From Candidatus Nanohaloarchaea archaeon (GTDB taxonomy: Archaea > Nanohalarchaeota > Nanosalinia > Nanosalinales > Nanosalinaceae), in the NCBI GenBank assembly GCA_013343275.1, contig CP046106.1:256001-320000 (forward strand): a stretch of DNA of 64,000 nucleotides, written 5' to 3'. The first letter of the stretch is position 1. Every line of letters begins with the position of its first letter. Positions 39,410-49,577 of this stretch are shown piece after piece. The position numbers and the translations under genes were made by a program. Under the pieces are notes generated by a model. The model had not been told where the DNA came from and did no database searches. It saw nothing but the letters and a program-made list of their open reading frames with translations.

Positions 39410-41152
39410 ATGTGCGGAATAGTTGGATACAGCGGCGAAGATGAAGCAGCCGAGAAAATCTACCGGGGACTGAAGAAACTGGAATACAGAGGCTACGACT
39501 CAGCAGGAATAGCAACAGCTGGCAACCCCACAGTCAAGGTAGAGAAAGGCACAGGAACAATTGACGAAGCAATCGACAGCATCTCAGAGGCCGAAATCGA
39601 CGGCAACGTCGGGATCGGACACACAAGATGGGCCACACATGGCGGAGTAACTGATGAGAACGCACATCCGCACAGAAGCTCCTCTGGAGCTATCGCAGTA
39701 GTACACAACGGAATAATAAACAATTACGAAGAACTGAAAGAAAAGCATCTCTCAGGCCACGACTTCAGATCGGAGACAGATACAGAGGTGATTCCAAGAC
39801 TGATCGAGGAGAAACACGACGAACTGGAAGACTTCCACAGGGCTGTTGAAGCAGTTGTGGAGATGCTTGAAGGTTCGTATGCAGTTGTCGCCGTGAAAGA
39901 CTCCGGCGAAATGGCTGCGTTCAAGGAGAGTTCTCCATTAGCCCTCGGGATCTCGGATGGAGAGCTCTTCCTTGCCTCCGACGTCACACCTTTCCTGGAG
40001 CACACCGACAAAGCAGTATTCCTGGAAGATGGAGACGTGGTCAGGATCGAAAACGGGGATTATACTATCAAGAATAGCGGCGAGGAAATCGAGCGGGAAG
40101 TCAAGCATATCGACTGGGATGCAGAGGAGGCCTCTAAGGAAGGCCACGACCACTTCATGCAGAAGGAGATCAAGGAACAGCCTGACACAGTGAAGAGAGC
40201 AGTATTCCAGGACAGAAGCGATGTAGAAGAGGCCATCGATATGATTGAGGAGGCCGACACAGTGTATCTTTCTGGCTGCGGTACCTCCAGTTACGCTGCG
40301 GATCTCGGGGCCAAGTACCTGCGAGAAGCTGGTTACGATGTTATTTCGGAGCAGAGCCACGAGATGGAGTACTGGAACGATCACGTAACTGAAGACGATC
40401 TCGTGATTGCGATCAGCCAGTCAGGTGAGACTGCAGACCTTCTTTCAATGCTTGGAGACGTTGATGCACCTGTCCTATCTATCGTTAATGTCGTCGGTTC
40501 GACACTCGCACGTAAAGCGGACCACACCATGTACATTAACGCAGGTCCAGAGATAGGGGTTGCCTCTACGAAGGCCTTCACAGCTCAGATAGCAGTCCTC
40601 AAACTAATTGCGGAAACAGCCGAGGCATCACTGAAGGAGGCCCGTAACTCATTGATCGATACAGCAGGGAAGATAGAGCAGACACTTGAAGACAACGAGG
40701 AGACGGTTGAGGAGGTCAGCGACTACCTGCAGGACCAGGATCACGTCTACTTTATCGGCCGTGGGAAAGGCTTCGAGGTAGCAAAGGAATCCTCGCTGAA
40801 ACTGAAGGAACTATCATACATCCACTCGGAATCGTTCCCCGGTGGAGAGTTCAAACACGGAACGATCGCACTGGTGGAGGACGGTACTCCTGTCGTCGCA
40901 TTCATGCGTGATGAAGGCCTTGAAGATATTTTCTCGAACGCTAAGGAGGCCGAATCCCGTGGAGCAGATATCATAGGCGTTGGCAAGGAGAATGTCGGCG
41001 ATTTCAAGTATTTCTTCGATATTCCGGAGGACGAGAACTCCGAGATACTTGAGGTAGCGGTCTTCCAGATGCTTTCCTACCGTACAGCGGTAAAGAGAGG
41101 TCACAACCCGGACAAGCCGAGGAACCTGGCAAAAAGCGTGACTGTGAAATAG
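39410..41152 (+). CDS. glmS: glutamine-fructose-6-phosphate aminotransferase
   Basis: MCGIVG, EYRGYDSAG, GHTRWATHG, SQSGET, ASTKAF, PRNLAKSVTV. Confidence 0.98.
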   Translation: MCGIVGYSGEDEAAEKIYRGLKKLEYRGYDSAGIATAGNPTVKVEKGTGTIDEAIDSISEAEIDGNVGIGHTRWATHGGVTDENAHPHRSSSGAIAVVHNGIINNYEELKEKHLSGHDFRSETDTEVIPRLIEEKHDELEDFHRAVEAVVEMLEGSYAVVAVKDSGEMAAFKESSPLALGISDGELFLASDVTPFLEHTDKAVFLEDGDVVRIENGDYTIKNSGEEIEREVKHIDWDAEEASKEGHDHFMQKEIKEQPDTVKRAVFQDRSDVEEAIDMIEEADTVYLSGCGTSSYAADLGAKYLREAGYDVISEQSHEMEYWNDHVTEDDLVIAISQSGETADLLSMLGDVDAPVLSIVNVVGSTLARKADHTMYINAGPEIGVASTKAFTAQIAVLKLIAETAEASLKEARNSLIDTAGKIEQTLEDNEETVEEVSDYLQDQDHVYFIGRGKGFEVAKESSLKLKELSYIHSESFPGGEFKHGTIALVEDGTPVVAFMRDEGLEDIFSNAKEAESRGADIIGVGKENVGDFKYFFDIPEDENSEILEVAVFQMLSYRTAVKRGHNPDKPRNLAKSVTVK

Positions 41153-41188
41153 CCAAAGGATAAATATCTGCAGAGTTAATCTTGCTGC

Positions 41189-41650
41189 ATGAAATGGAAA
41201 CTTGCACTTGCTGGACTACTGCTGGCAGCCCTTATGACAGGGACTGCGTCAGCACAGTCGAACTCTACAGATCTTAACCTTCAGAAATACAATCTCTCGG
41301 AGTACGAGAGCACGATCAACAAGCACACAGATGAGCTTCCAGGATGGATCAAGGACCTGGTAGGCGACCAGGACCTGAACATCTACATCGATCAGGGTCA
41401 GAACGACTCCTACACAGTCAGTATCAAGATGAATGGCCTGAAAGTTCAGAACATCAGCGACTCCGCTCTGGAGAACCCTGATATAGAAGTATGGACTTCC
41501 TCAGAAGTAATTCAGAAGATTATCGAGTCGAAGAACCCTGTCGAGGATATGAAACAGGCAATAAATAATGGAGAAATAGAGTACCAGGCGAACGATGCCT
41601 GGACAAAGATCAAGCTCTTCTTCGCCGACCTTCTAATGGGGCTTCTCTAG
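41189..41650 (+). CDS. secreted hypothetical protein (SCP2-like)
   Basis: Signal peptide ending TASA; C-terminal half resembles the SCP2 fold. Confidence 0.6.
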   Translation: MKWKLALAGLLLAALMTGTASAQSNSTDLNLQKYNLSEYESTINKHTDELPGWIKDLVGDQDLNIYIDQGQNDSYTVSIKMNGLKVQNISDSALENPDIEVWTSSEVIQKIIESKNPVEDMKQAINNGEIEYQANDAWTKIKLFFADLLMGLL

Positions 41651-42327
41651 GATTCCAGCACGACAACCTCGCTGCTGGTCTCCTCCTCTACATCTTCTTT
41701 AAACCTTTCAGTGTCCGCAGTAGTCTGCTCTACAGTACCGAAGTGGATCGGAACAACCTTTTTCGGATGGAACTTCTTAACGGCCTCGACAGCTTCATCC
41801 TGATCCATAGTGTAGTGCCCTCCGACAGGAAGGAACGCCACATCTATATCGCTAGGTAAGTCCTCCATCTCATCTATCGGATCGGTATCCGAGGCATGGT
41901 AGAACTTTGTACCATCCATCTCGAAGATCACACCGGTACAGAAGCCTTCAGGGTGGAAAGGCTGGCCTGGCTCCCTGAACTTGTCAACGTTGTAAGCAGG
42001 AACACCTCTAACTCTGAGGCCTTTCGCCTTCACTGATGAACCTGGCTGAAGCACTTTGTAGCTCAGGTCTTCAGGAACCTCTTCCTCCGACTCCTCGGTA
42101 CACACCAGCACAGTATCTCTCTTCTTGAGACTCTGTATCATCTTCTTGTCGAAGTGATCGAAGTGGTCATGCGTCGAGATAATCACGTCAGCTTCCTCGT
42201 GCTCGCCGCTCATGACATCGCTCCAGGGATCGATGTACACGGTTTTACCATCGGAGTCAGTAAGTTTTACAGAGGCATGTCCCAGCCATTCAACGTCGAC
42301 AGAGCCGAAGCTTGTAGAATTATTCAT
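41647..42327 (-). CDS. MBL-fold metallo-hydrolase
   Basis: WLGHAS, IDPW, THDHFDH, YHASDT, PIHFG. Confidence 0.92.
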   Translation of the reverse strand: MNNSTSFGSVDVEWLGHASVKLTDSDGKTVYIDPWSDVMSGEHEEADVIISTHDHFDHFDKKMIQSLKKRDTVLVCTEESEEEVPEDLSYKVLQPGSSVKAKGLRVRGVPAYNVDKFREPGQPFHPEGFCTGVIFEMDGTKFYHASDTDPIDEMEDLPSDIDVAFLPVGGHYTMDQDEAVEAVKKFHPKKVVPIHFGTVEQTTADTERFKEDVEEETSSEVVVLES

Positions 42328-42369
42328 TACAGTTTCACCAGTAGAACATTAGGTCTCAAAAGACTTCAA

Positions 42370-43011
42370 TCATTCGGTATCCATAATCCTGCATTCCAGA
42401 TTCCTTCTCTCCAGCTCTGCCTTAAACCCACGCAGGTCGATATCCTTGTCGTCGAAGAAAGGCTCGCCGTAATGGTAAGGAACTGTAACCTTTGGCTTGA
42501 TCTTCACCGCCATACTGGAGGCCTCATCAATATCCATAGTGTACTCTCCCTCAACCGGAAGGAAAGCATAGTCAACACGGCCTTCAAGATCCATAACCTC
42601 GTCGAAAAGCCCTGTGTCACCTGCAACGTAGAAACTGGTGTCAGCCATTACAAAACGGTAGCCAAGACCCTGACCTCTCTCGTGGTACTCGTTACACATA
42701 GGAACTCCCTCGATCTCGACATTGTAGATATCGATTCTCTCGCCGACACCCAGGTACTCAACATCGTTGACAGGTACTTCAACATCCTTCATAGCATCCG
42801 GCAACAGTAGAACAGTGCGTGAAGTGGAGATCTCATCGATAATATCTGGGTCGAAATGGCCTGAATCCTGATGAGTTACAAGAATGATATCAGCCTCGAA
42901 ATCAGGGGATACACGTGAATAAGGATCGACAGCAACAGTAAAGCCGTTATCAGCTACACGGACAGAAGCATGTCCATCCCAGAAAATCTCCAGGCCATCG
43001 TCCTCTATCAA
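42370..43011 (-). CDS. MBL-fold metallo-hydrolase (paralog with degenerate metal motif)
   Basis: WDGHAS, VDPY, THQDSGH, AGDT, PYHYG; TTG start. Confidence 0.88.
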   Translation of the reverse strand: MIEDDGLEIFWDGHASVRVADNGFTVAVDPYSRVSPDFEADIILVTHQDSGHFDPDIIDEISTSRTVLLLPDAMKDVEVPVNDVEYLGVGERIDIYNVEIEGVPMCNEYHERGQGLGYRFVMADTSFYVAGDTGLFDEVMDLEGRVDYAFLPVEGEYTMDIDEASSMAVKIKPKVTVPYHYGEPFFDDKDIDLRGFKAELERRNLECRIMDTE

Positions 43012-43142
43012 AGATTTATACCCCTCAAAAAACTCTGCCGGGCCCGACGTTTAAATCCATTCCGCCGACACAAGGCCCGTAGACAATTCCTATTAAAAGA
43101 CTTAACCATCAGTAATTCTTTACACAGGTTACCAATTCTCAT

Positions 43143-43225
43143 GCGGGGGTAACCAAGTGGCCAAAGGTGCAGGATTTAGGCTCCTGTCCGTTAGCGGTTC
43201 GCAGGTTCAAATCCTGTCCCCCGCA
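43143..43225 (+). tRNA. tRNA-Leu(TAG)
   Basis: GCGGGGG/CCCCCGC acceptor stem, CAGGA-TTTAGGC-TCCTG anticodon arm, long variable arm, GGTTCAAATCC. Confidence 0.96.
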
Positions 43226-43331
43226 TACTTTCCAAGTATGCTTTGAGAAGATTGTACTGATAATAGCCAGTTCTTGAGAGTACAGCACAAACTAGATTTG
43301 AGAAAAAAGAATAGGAGAAATTAGATTAAAT

Positions 43332-43427
43332 TTACTTGTGTTCTTCTTCAGCATGTTCCTCTAGTTCTTCTTCGGTGTCGAAGCTTGAACCGCAGGCCTT
43401 GCATACTTTGTCATCGTCGTCTCCCAT
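43332..43427 (-). CDS. 31-aa C2H2 zinc-finger microprotein (not in ORF track)
   Basis: MGDDDDKVCKACGSSFDTEEELEEHAEEEHK*, preceded by GGAGGTGA. Confidence 0.85.
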   Translation of the reverse strand: MGDDDDKVCKACGSSFDTEEELEEHAEEEHK

Positions 43428-43475
43428 AGTTTAATTCACCTCCTTTAGCTATTCTCTGATTTTCTATACCGGCAT

Positions 43476-43745
43476 CTAGTTTACTTCGCTGCCTTCTGCC
43501 CATGTCTTCAGTTTTTCGAAGTCAGCTTCGCCACAGATCCATTCTTCAGATTCTGTGTTGTAGAAGAAAGGTACTCCACCGCACTTTCCGTTGTCAAATT
43601 CTTGCTGTTTTTCAGCATTTTCCTTGTTGTTCCAGACTTCCAGCTGTTCGACTTCAACATCTTCTTCGTCCTCTAGTTTCTCAACTTTTGGCGCCATTTT
43701 CTCACAGTGTGGGCAGCCGTCGCCGTAGAACTCGTATAACGTCAT
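43476..43745 (-). CDS. thioredoxin-like protein
   Basis: EFYGDGCPHC, CGGVPFFYN; start placed at MTLYEF. Confidence 0.88.
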   Translation of the reverse strand: MTLYEFYGDGCPHCEKMAPKVEKLEDEEDVEVEQLEVWNNKENAEKQQEFDNGKCGGVPFFYNTESEEWICGEADFEKLKTWAEGSEVN

Positions 43746-43800
43746 AGGTATTATACAGAATTTTTTGGTTATTAAACAGGTGCTTACTTCAGCGAAAGCT

Positions 43801-44148
43801 CTACAGCTTCGAGGCGTTTTCCTGCCCCCATTCAAACATTGGGTTGATAACTTCGTGAAGCGATCGCCCAACTTCTGTCAATGAGTACTCGACCTCTTTC
43901 GGCCTCTTGCTTATAACCTCCTTCTGCACAACACCTTTGTCGCAAAGATCTTCCAGACTGTCGGACAGTACTTTATCAGAGATGTGATGTACTTCTCTCT
44001 GAAGTTCATTGAACCCCATCGGTTCCTGCAGAAGCCTGTGGATTATAACAGGATGCCATTTCCGGCTCAGTAGCTCCGCTGTAACTGTTACAGGACACCA
44101 TTCCTGTGTCTCACACCATTCAGGCATATCTTGTTTACTCATGTTCAT
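43801..44148 (-). CDS. HxlR-family regulator
   Basis: WCPV...LLSRKW, FNEL, ISDKVLS, VEYSLT. Confidence 0.92.
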   Translation of the reverse strand: MNMSKQDMPEWCETQEWCPVTVTAELLSRKWHPVIIHRLLQEPMGFNELQREVHHISDKVLSDSLEDLCDKGVVQKEVISKRPKEVEYSLTEVGRSLHEVINPMFEWGQENASKL

Positions 44149-44309
44149 CCACTTCGTTCCATAGACTTCCTGGTTATCTCAGAGTTGCACATTCCTTCTT
44201 CCCTGCAGTATTTCTCACATCTTTCAGCCAGTTCCTCTTTTCTGTAGTGCATACCGCATTCTTCGCACATGTAGGCCTTCTCGCCGTCGTACTCTGTTGT
44301 AGTTGTCAT
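44145..44309 (-). CDS. 54-aa Cys-rich zinc-finger microprotein (not in ORF track)
   Basis: MTTTTEYDGEKAYMCEECGMHYRKEELAERCEKYCREEGMCNSEITRKSMERSG*; ATGA overlap with the HxlR gene. Confidence 0.8.
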   Translation of the reverse strand: MTTTTEYDGEKAYMCEECGMHYRKEELAERCEKYCREEGMCNSEITRKSMERSG

Positions 44310-44344
44310 ATTATGGAAACCTCGATTCTTTCTGTACCATGATT

Positions 44345-45709
44345 CTAGAGCTGGTTGAAAGCTCTCTGCACAACCTCATTCAAAGCCGGGTGGATGTGGA
44401 TAGTGTCTTTGATATCATCCACGGTTCCGGTTCCTGCCTTCATAGCTACAAGAACTTCGTGGATCTGCTGTGAGGCGTGAGGCCCGATGATGTGGCAGCC
44501 CAGGATTTCTCCGTCTTCAGATGCGAGCACTTTCACGAATCCGTCTTCCTCCTTCAGTGCCATACCCATACCTGTGTCAGCGTAATCGTAGGTGGCAGAA
44601 ACGTACTCCACATCCTCTTCTTCCAGCTCCTGTTCCGTCTTCCCGACTCCTGCTATCTGTGGAGAGGTGAATACTGCGTGAGGCATTCCCGGATAGTCTA
44701 CATCGTACTGGTCTCCGGTCACGATGTTCTTGAAGACAATCTCTGCTTCATGGTTTGCGGAGTGTTTGAACATCCAGTTATCGGCGATGTCTCCCAGAGC
44801 ATAGATTCCATCGATACTTGTCCGCATCTTTTCATCTGTTTTGACGAAGCCTCGCTCTGTGGTTTCTATACCTGCTTCCTCGACTTTAAGCGAGTCTGTG
44901 TTCGGTACTCTTCCCGTGGCGAAAAGTATTTCGTCTCCGGCGAACTCTACTTTTTCTCCTTCGCTGTCCTCGGCTATAACCTTTTTCCGGCCTCCTTCCT
45001 CTCTTATCTCGGTTGCCGAGACTTCCAGTTCCACGTTGTATCTATTCTTTGCGATCTCCGTGATCTTCTCAGATATCTCTCTGTCCTCTCTTTCCAGAAC
45101 CTTCTCTCCCATCTCCAGTACTGTGACCTCTGTCCCCATGGCGTCGTAGAAGTGGGCCAGTTCAAGCGAGATATAGCCTCCTCCAACCATGATCAGTTCA
45201 TCAGGCTGGTAATCCGGGTTCAGTGCGTCGGTGGAGACCCAGTAATCGACTTCATCGGTGCCATCGATAGGAGGTACGAAAGGCCTTGAACCTGCTGCAA
45301 CAACTATAGTATCGGAGATTATCTTTTCCCCACTCTCCTTCAGCTCGATAATTTTCTCATCGACAAACCGGGCCTCTTGCCTGTAGAGAGTGTGTCTGCT
45401 GGAGTTTCTCAGGCCTTCTTCAATGTTTTCGGAGTCGCTGTGGACTTCGTGGTTTACCTCTTCGATTATATCATTGAAATCTACTTCCTCAAGTTCTGCG
45501 TGGAGGCCGAACTTCTCCGAGTCCCTGATGTCTTCCGCCAGGTCCGCTCGGTGTATCAGCATTTTGGAGGGTATGCAGCCTCTGTTCAGGCAGGTGCCTC
45601 CCAGCCTTCCCGGCTCTACTACTGCTACGTCCTTCCCCTTGTTTGCGATCCCTGAGGCTATATCCAGCCCGGAACCTGAACCAATTACGATCAGGTCGAA
45701 TTCTTTCAT
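44345..45709 (-). CDS. pyridine nucleotide-disulfide oxidoreductase (dihydrolipoamide dehydrogenase/mycothione reductase family)
   Basis: GSGSG, GGTCLNRGCIPSK, GGGYI, GRVPN, HIHPALNE. Confidence 0.92.
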   Translation of the reverse strand: MKEFDLIVIGSGSGLDIASGIANKGKDVAVVEPGRLGGTCLNRGCIPSKMLIHRADLAEDIRDSEKFGLHAELEEVDFNDIIEEVNHEVHSDSENIEEGLRNSSRHTLYRQEARFVDEKIIELKESGEKIISDTIVVAAGSRPFVPPIDGTDEVDYWVSTDALNPDYQPDELIMVGGGYISLELAHFYDAMGTEVTVLEMGEKVLEREDREISEKITEIAKNRYNVELEVSATEIREEGGRKKVIAEDSEGEKVEFAGDEILFATGRVPNTDSLKVEEAGIETTERGFVKTDEKMRTSIDGIYALGDIADNWMFKHSANHEAEIVFKNIVTGDQYDVDYPGMPHAVFTSPQIAGVGKTEQELEEEDVEYVSATYDYADTGMGMALKEEDGFVKVLASEDGEILGCHIIGPHASQQIHEVLVAMKAGTGTVDDIKDTIHIHPALNEVVQRAFNQL

Positions 45710-45748
45710 AGTATTAATTAGATAATTTTTCTTCGTTAAATTTTTCGT

Positions 45749-48538
45749 CTAGGAATTACCGATGAACGGATTTTCTATACTGAATATGCGGCCTTCGTTG
45801 TCAGAAACACCGTAGAACTGGTAGTATCCTTGCATCTTCTCGGTATCTGCCTTCAGAATATTTTCTAAGGTTCTTCCAAGATCTCTGTGGCTCCAGTAGA
45901 GGCCGGAATAGTAGGGCTCCCCCTCAAGTTCTTTCTTGTCATCTGGATTTACTCCTCCGATCCTGATGCTGACTCCGATATCGAAGTCTCCGTTTTCAAC
46001 TGACTCTCTGGTCCTGTGTTCGGTTTCTACCTTTGATTCTCCGTAAGGACTGTCTGGTTCTTCCGAACGAGGGTCAAGAAGCTTCCCAGGATCCTGTTTT
46101 CTCATTTCATAACCGTCTTCAGGATCGATACTGCTTCTGTAAGGTTCTGGAGTATCTTCCAGACTTGCTTCTGCAGTGTAGGCAGGAATATTTCCTGTTC
46201 CTGCATGAATTGAAGACCCGTTGATGAATATCGGTACTCCTGCTTCTTTTGAAGCTTCTAGTGTATTCTCGAACATCTCCATGTTGCCTTCCCATTTCTT
46301 GCCGGTGTCGAAGTTCTCCTGCTGCGTATTCCAGGCCAGATGGAAAACTGCATCTACATCACCCATTAAGTCCCGGAGCTTGTCAATATTCTCATCATCT
46401 GTCAAGTCCAGCATGTGTATCTTGGTGTAGCATGCTTCATCGCACTGCTGTAATCCAACACCTATTACCTCGTATCCGTGGTTCACTAGGTATCTGCCTG
46501 CGGCCTCGCCTACAGTGCCTTCAGCACCTGTGATCAAGATTCTCTTTGTCTCACTACCGGTTACTTCCTCCTTTTTCTCCGAGTACTTCAGAGCAGTCTC
46601 GATGAATGTAGTGTGTGACCAGGTTAGAGGACTGACAGACTTGCCATCCCCCGTGAAAGGATCGACCTGCTCTGGCAGCAGGCCTGTCTCCAGCGAATTC
46701 TCGCAAGTCCAGTGCATGTACTCCTTCGCCTCCTTCAGGTCTTTCACATTCTCTGCCGTCTCTATCAGGTGCTGCGCAACCCAGAGAGTGCAGATAATCC
46801 ACGGGTTTCCAGGAACCCGGTCAAAGTCGTCAGTGACATTATGATAGTAGTCGCCCTTGTATCGGGCGATACCGCCTATCCCTGTATCCGGCGACAAGTC
46901 GTGCTGGATCGCATTCATCGTGTTCCGGAAATACTCATCGTCTTCATCTACAAGGCCGAATCTTTCAAGGAAGAAAAGTGGTGCTGAAACCTCGTCCAGC
47001 TTTTCTCCGTCCGCAGCATTCTCTCCGAGACTGCTGCTTTGAGCAGCTTCCTCTTCAGAGGAAGATGCGTCCTCTATTCCTCTGACATATCTCTTGGTTT
47101 CCTCCGACTTCAGGTTTTCAAGCCCATCTTTCTTGATCTCTTCAGCTCTATCTAAGTATTTCTGTCCGTCTTCTCCAACTTCATCGGCTATCTCTCCAGC
47201 AGCTTTCAAACCCGCGTAAACCCCTGCTACAGTAAATGTCGAGATATAGTGTTTTTCCTCCCACAGATCGTAGCTTGGTCTCGGAAGAGAAAGTTCCTCA
47301 TCGAAGTACTCATGCATGAACTCAGCCGCTGGTTCTACCAGCGAACTCCATTTTTCCTCAAGTATTTCTTTGTTGTCTGTTTCTTCGTAGTATCTTTTGA
47401 GCGCCCAGATTACAAGCGCGGTCTCGTCCTCCTGTATCGGCAGCCGCTTGTTTCCTTCTTCATCTATCCATGAATGCCAGGAGCTTCCAAGAGACTTGTC
47501 GGGATTGTACTTGTGCATCATGTAGCCGTCGGAATGGATCACATCCTCGCAGAAGTCGAAGAACGGCTTCACTAAGTCAGGATAGCCTGCTTCTGTCATG
47601 ACCTCTGCGACTAGAGCCCCGTCACGCGGCCACATATAACCGTATTTATCCTGATTGTACTCCAGGTTCGATGAGTCGTTAGCCGCTGTGATAGCTCCGT
47701 TATCGTTTGTCTGTCCTCTTACAACCAGGACTGAACGCTTGAACTGTTCTGTGATATGGTGATCCAGTTTATCTATCCCTGCAGCTGTCTCTCCGATAAA
47801 TCCTCTCCAGCACATCTCTGTCTGCTCGAAGAAGTCCTCGATTCTTTCATCAACTTCTTCGTTAAGCTGCAACACCGAGTCAAGGTCTTTGCCTGTGTTG
47901 AGCCAGTAGTATATCTTCTCCGAGCTGTTCGCCCCAATCTGAACTTTGATGCTGATAGCTGACTGAACATTTCCCTGGGCTATTGAGTTACCGTTCAAGT
48001 TTCCTGACTCGATTTCTCCTGAAGGACTGTCTCTGTAGATTCCGTACTGCTCCAGATCGCCGCACTGGCCGTTCTGATGCTTGACTTCTGCCATCACATA
48101 CCGGTTTTTCTTGTAATGGATCATGCCAGAATGATCCGGATGGTAGAAACAGGTGTCCGCCATTCCTGTGCCGTAGAGGTCGAAGTCTTGATGGAAGAAT
48201 ATCTCGACTTCTCTACCATAGTCCTCCTCGTTCCTGACCTCGATTTCCCGGAGGAAGACGTTTTTCTCGCACTCTACTGTGTCTCTGAATGTCATTTCCA
48301 GGCCTTCCATCTCGTTTCTGGCTTTTGATTCTCCCAGAATTGTATCCTGTTTATACTCTGGGTTGGTGTCCCAGTTCTCAATCCATGAGAAGCCGTTGGC
48401 CTGTACACCTATCCGGTGTTTTCTCCCCTGGACGTGATTCTCCTGTCCTGCATACGGAAAATAGAGGTCTCGCAACCTGAGCGAGTCATCCAGGTTCACC
48501 AGCAGGGAACCGTTTCCCAGGGAAAGATGTCTTACCAT
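45749..48538 (-). CDS. GH15 glucoamylase-like hydrolase fused to an NAD-dependent epimerase/SDR domain
   Basis: YMWPRDG, QEDET, YDLWEE, LLPEQV, PLTWSH; then ILITGAEGTVG, HLA, SSIHA, YGESK. Confidence 0.88.
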   Translation of the reverse strand: MVRHLSLGNGSLLVNLDDSLRLRDLYFPYAGQENHVQGRKHRIGVQANGFSWIENWDTNPEYKQDTILGESKARNEMEGLEMTFRDTVECEKNVFLREIEVRNEEDYGREVEIFFHQDFDLYGTGMADTCFYHPDHSGMIHYKKNRYVMAEVKHQNGQCGDLEQYGIYRDSPSGEIESGNLNGNSIAQGNVQSAISIKVQIGANSSEKIYYWLNTGKDLDSVLQLNEEVDERIEDFFEQTEMCWRGFIGETAAGIDKLDHHITEQFKRSVLVVRGQTNDNGAITAANDSSNLEYNQDKYGYMWPRDGALVAEVMTEAGYPDLVKPFFDFCEDVIHSDGYMMHKYNPDKSLGSSWHSWIDEEGNKRLPIQEDETALVIWALKRYYEETDNKEILEEKWSSLVEPAAEFMHEYFDEELSLPRPSYDLWEEKHYISTFTVAGVYAGLKAAGEIADEVGEDGQKYLDRAEEIKKDGLENLKSEETKRYVRGIEDASSSEEEAAQSSSLGENAADGEKLDEVSAPLFFLERFGLVDEDDEYFRNTMNAIQHDLSPDTGIGGIARYKGDYYHNVTDDFDRVPGNPWIICTLWVAQHLIETAENVKDLKEAKEYMHWTCENSLETGLLPEQVDPFTGDGKSVSPLTWSHTTFIETALKYSEKKEEVTGSETKRILITGAEGTVGEAAGRYLVNHGYEVIGVGLQQCDEACYTKIHMLDLTDDENIDKLRDLMGDVDAVFHLAWNTQQENFDTGKKWEGNMEMFENTLEASKEAGVPIFINGSSIHAGTGNIPAYTAEASLEDTPEPYRSSIDPEDGYEMRKQDPGKLLDPRSEEPDSPYGESKVETEHRTRESVENGDFDIGVSIRIGGVNPDDKKELEGEPYYSGLYWSHRDLGRTLENILKADTEKMQGYYQFYGVSDNEGRIFSIENPFIGNS

Positions 48539-48630
48539 GTTGGAATCTTAAGTTTCTCTGGCTTTTATTGGGGTTGCTTACTTCAAGCTCAGTTAACCCT
48601 TTTTTATCGAATCAGTTCAAAACACAGGTT

Positions 48631-48978
48631 ATGCCAGAAGAACTTTCTTCAAAGGTCTGCAGTGCTTGCAGCGGCGACGAGGATCCTCTAAAAGCAACTG
48701 AATCTGTCGAGAAGATGGAAGAACTGGATGACAGGTGGGAGCTTGAAGACAACCATCATATACAGAGGAAGTTCAAGTTCGAAGACTTCCAGGAAGCACT
48801 GGACTTCGTGAACAAAGTCGGAGAAATTGCTGAAGAACAGGGACACCACCCGGTAATCAACGACTTCACATGGGGAAGGGCCACAGTCAAGTTGTACACC
48901 CACAAGATCGACGGACTGCACGAAAACGACTTCATAATGGCAGCAAAGATAGATGAAATGCACGAAGAATACTTCTAG
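48631..48978 (+). CDS. pterin-4-alpha-carbinolamine dehydratase
   Basis: AEEQGHHP, THKIDGLHENDFIMAAKID. Confidence 0.93.
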   Translation: MPEELSSKVCSACSGDEDPLKATESVEKMEELDDRWELEDNHHIQRKFKFEDFQEALDFVNKVGEIAEEQGHHPVINDFTWGRATVKLYTHKIDGLHENDFIMAAKIDEMHEEYF

Positions 48979-49011
48979 GAGGCCTTAATAGTTCAAAGCT
49001 CCGATACAGGG

Positions 49012-49545
49012 TCAGAAATCTGTACGGTCAGGGATATCTATATTCAGGTCATCGGGCAGGGTATCAGGAGAGGGCGAAGGCTCCTCCAGAGAAGGGGCGG
49101 AAACTGTAGAGGTATCGGATCTCATGGTTGGTCGGCTGAAAGGGATCTCAAACCGGATATTATCGGTCTGGATATCTGATGGCTCGGCCTCAACTTCAGG
49201 CTGATTTATCTTAAGCAGTGTATGATCGATATCAGGTACGAGCACATCTCCATGGTAGGCCCGGAAGTCTTCCCTGTACATCCCTGCGGCATATCTCTCG
49301 AAATCTCCTGCTACAGCAAGGACCACCTGATCGCCTTGAGCAATTTCCGTATTCATAAGCAGTGAGTCCAGTGTCTCATCGGTAGGATAGACCTGAGGTT
49401 CCTCGTAGACTTCTTCGAAGAGATCGTCAACCCTTTGAACTCTTTCCTCAAAGTAGTCTCTGCCACTGCCGTAGTTCGGTACAGAGTCCTTCTCCTCGAA
49501 GAGACTTATGTCATCCAGGTTTTCATAATGGTCTTTCATAGTCAT
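49012..49545 (-). CDS. hypothetical protein
   Basis: 177-aa acidic ORF. Confidence 0.6.
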   Translation of the reverse strand: MTMKDHYENLDDISLFEEKDSVPNYGSGRDYFEERVQRVDDLFEEVYEEPQVYPTDETLDSLLMNTEIAQGDQVVLAVAGDFERYAAGMYREDFRAYHGDVLVPDIDHTLLKINQPEVEAEPSDIQTDNIRFEIPFSRPTMRSDTSTVSAPSLEEPSPSPDTLPDDLNIDIPDRTDF

Positions 49546-49577
49546 TGATTATCCCTCAAATATTAAGAATGAATATT

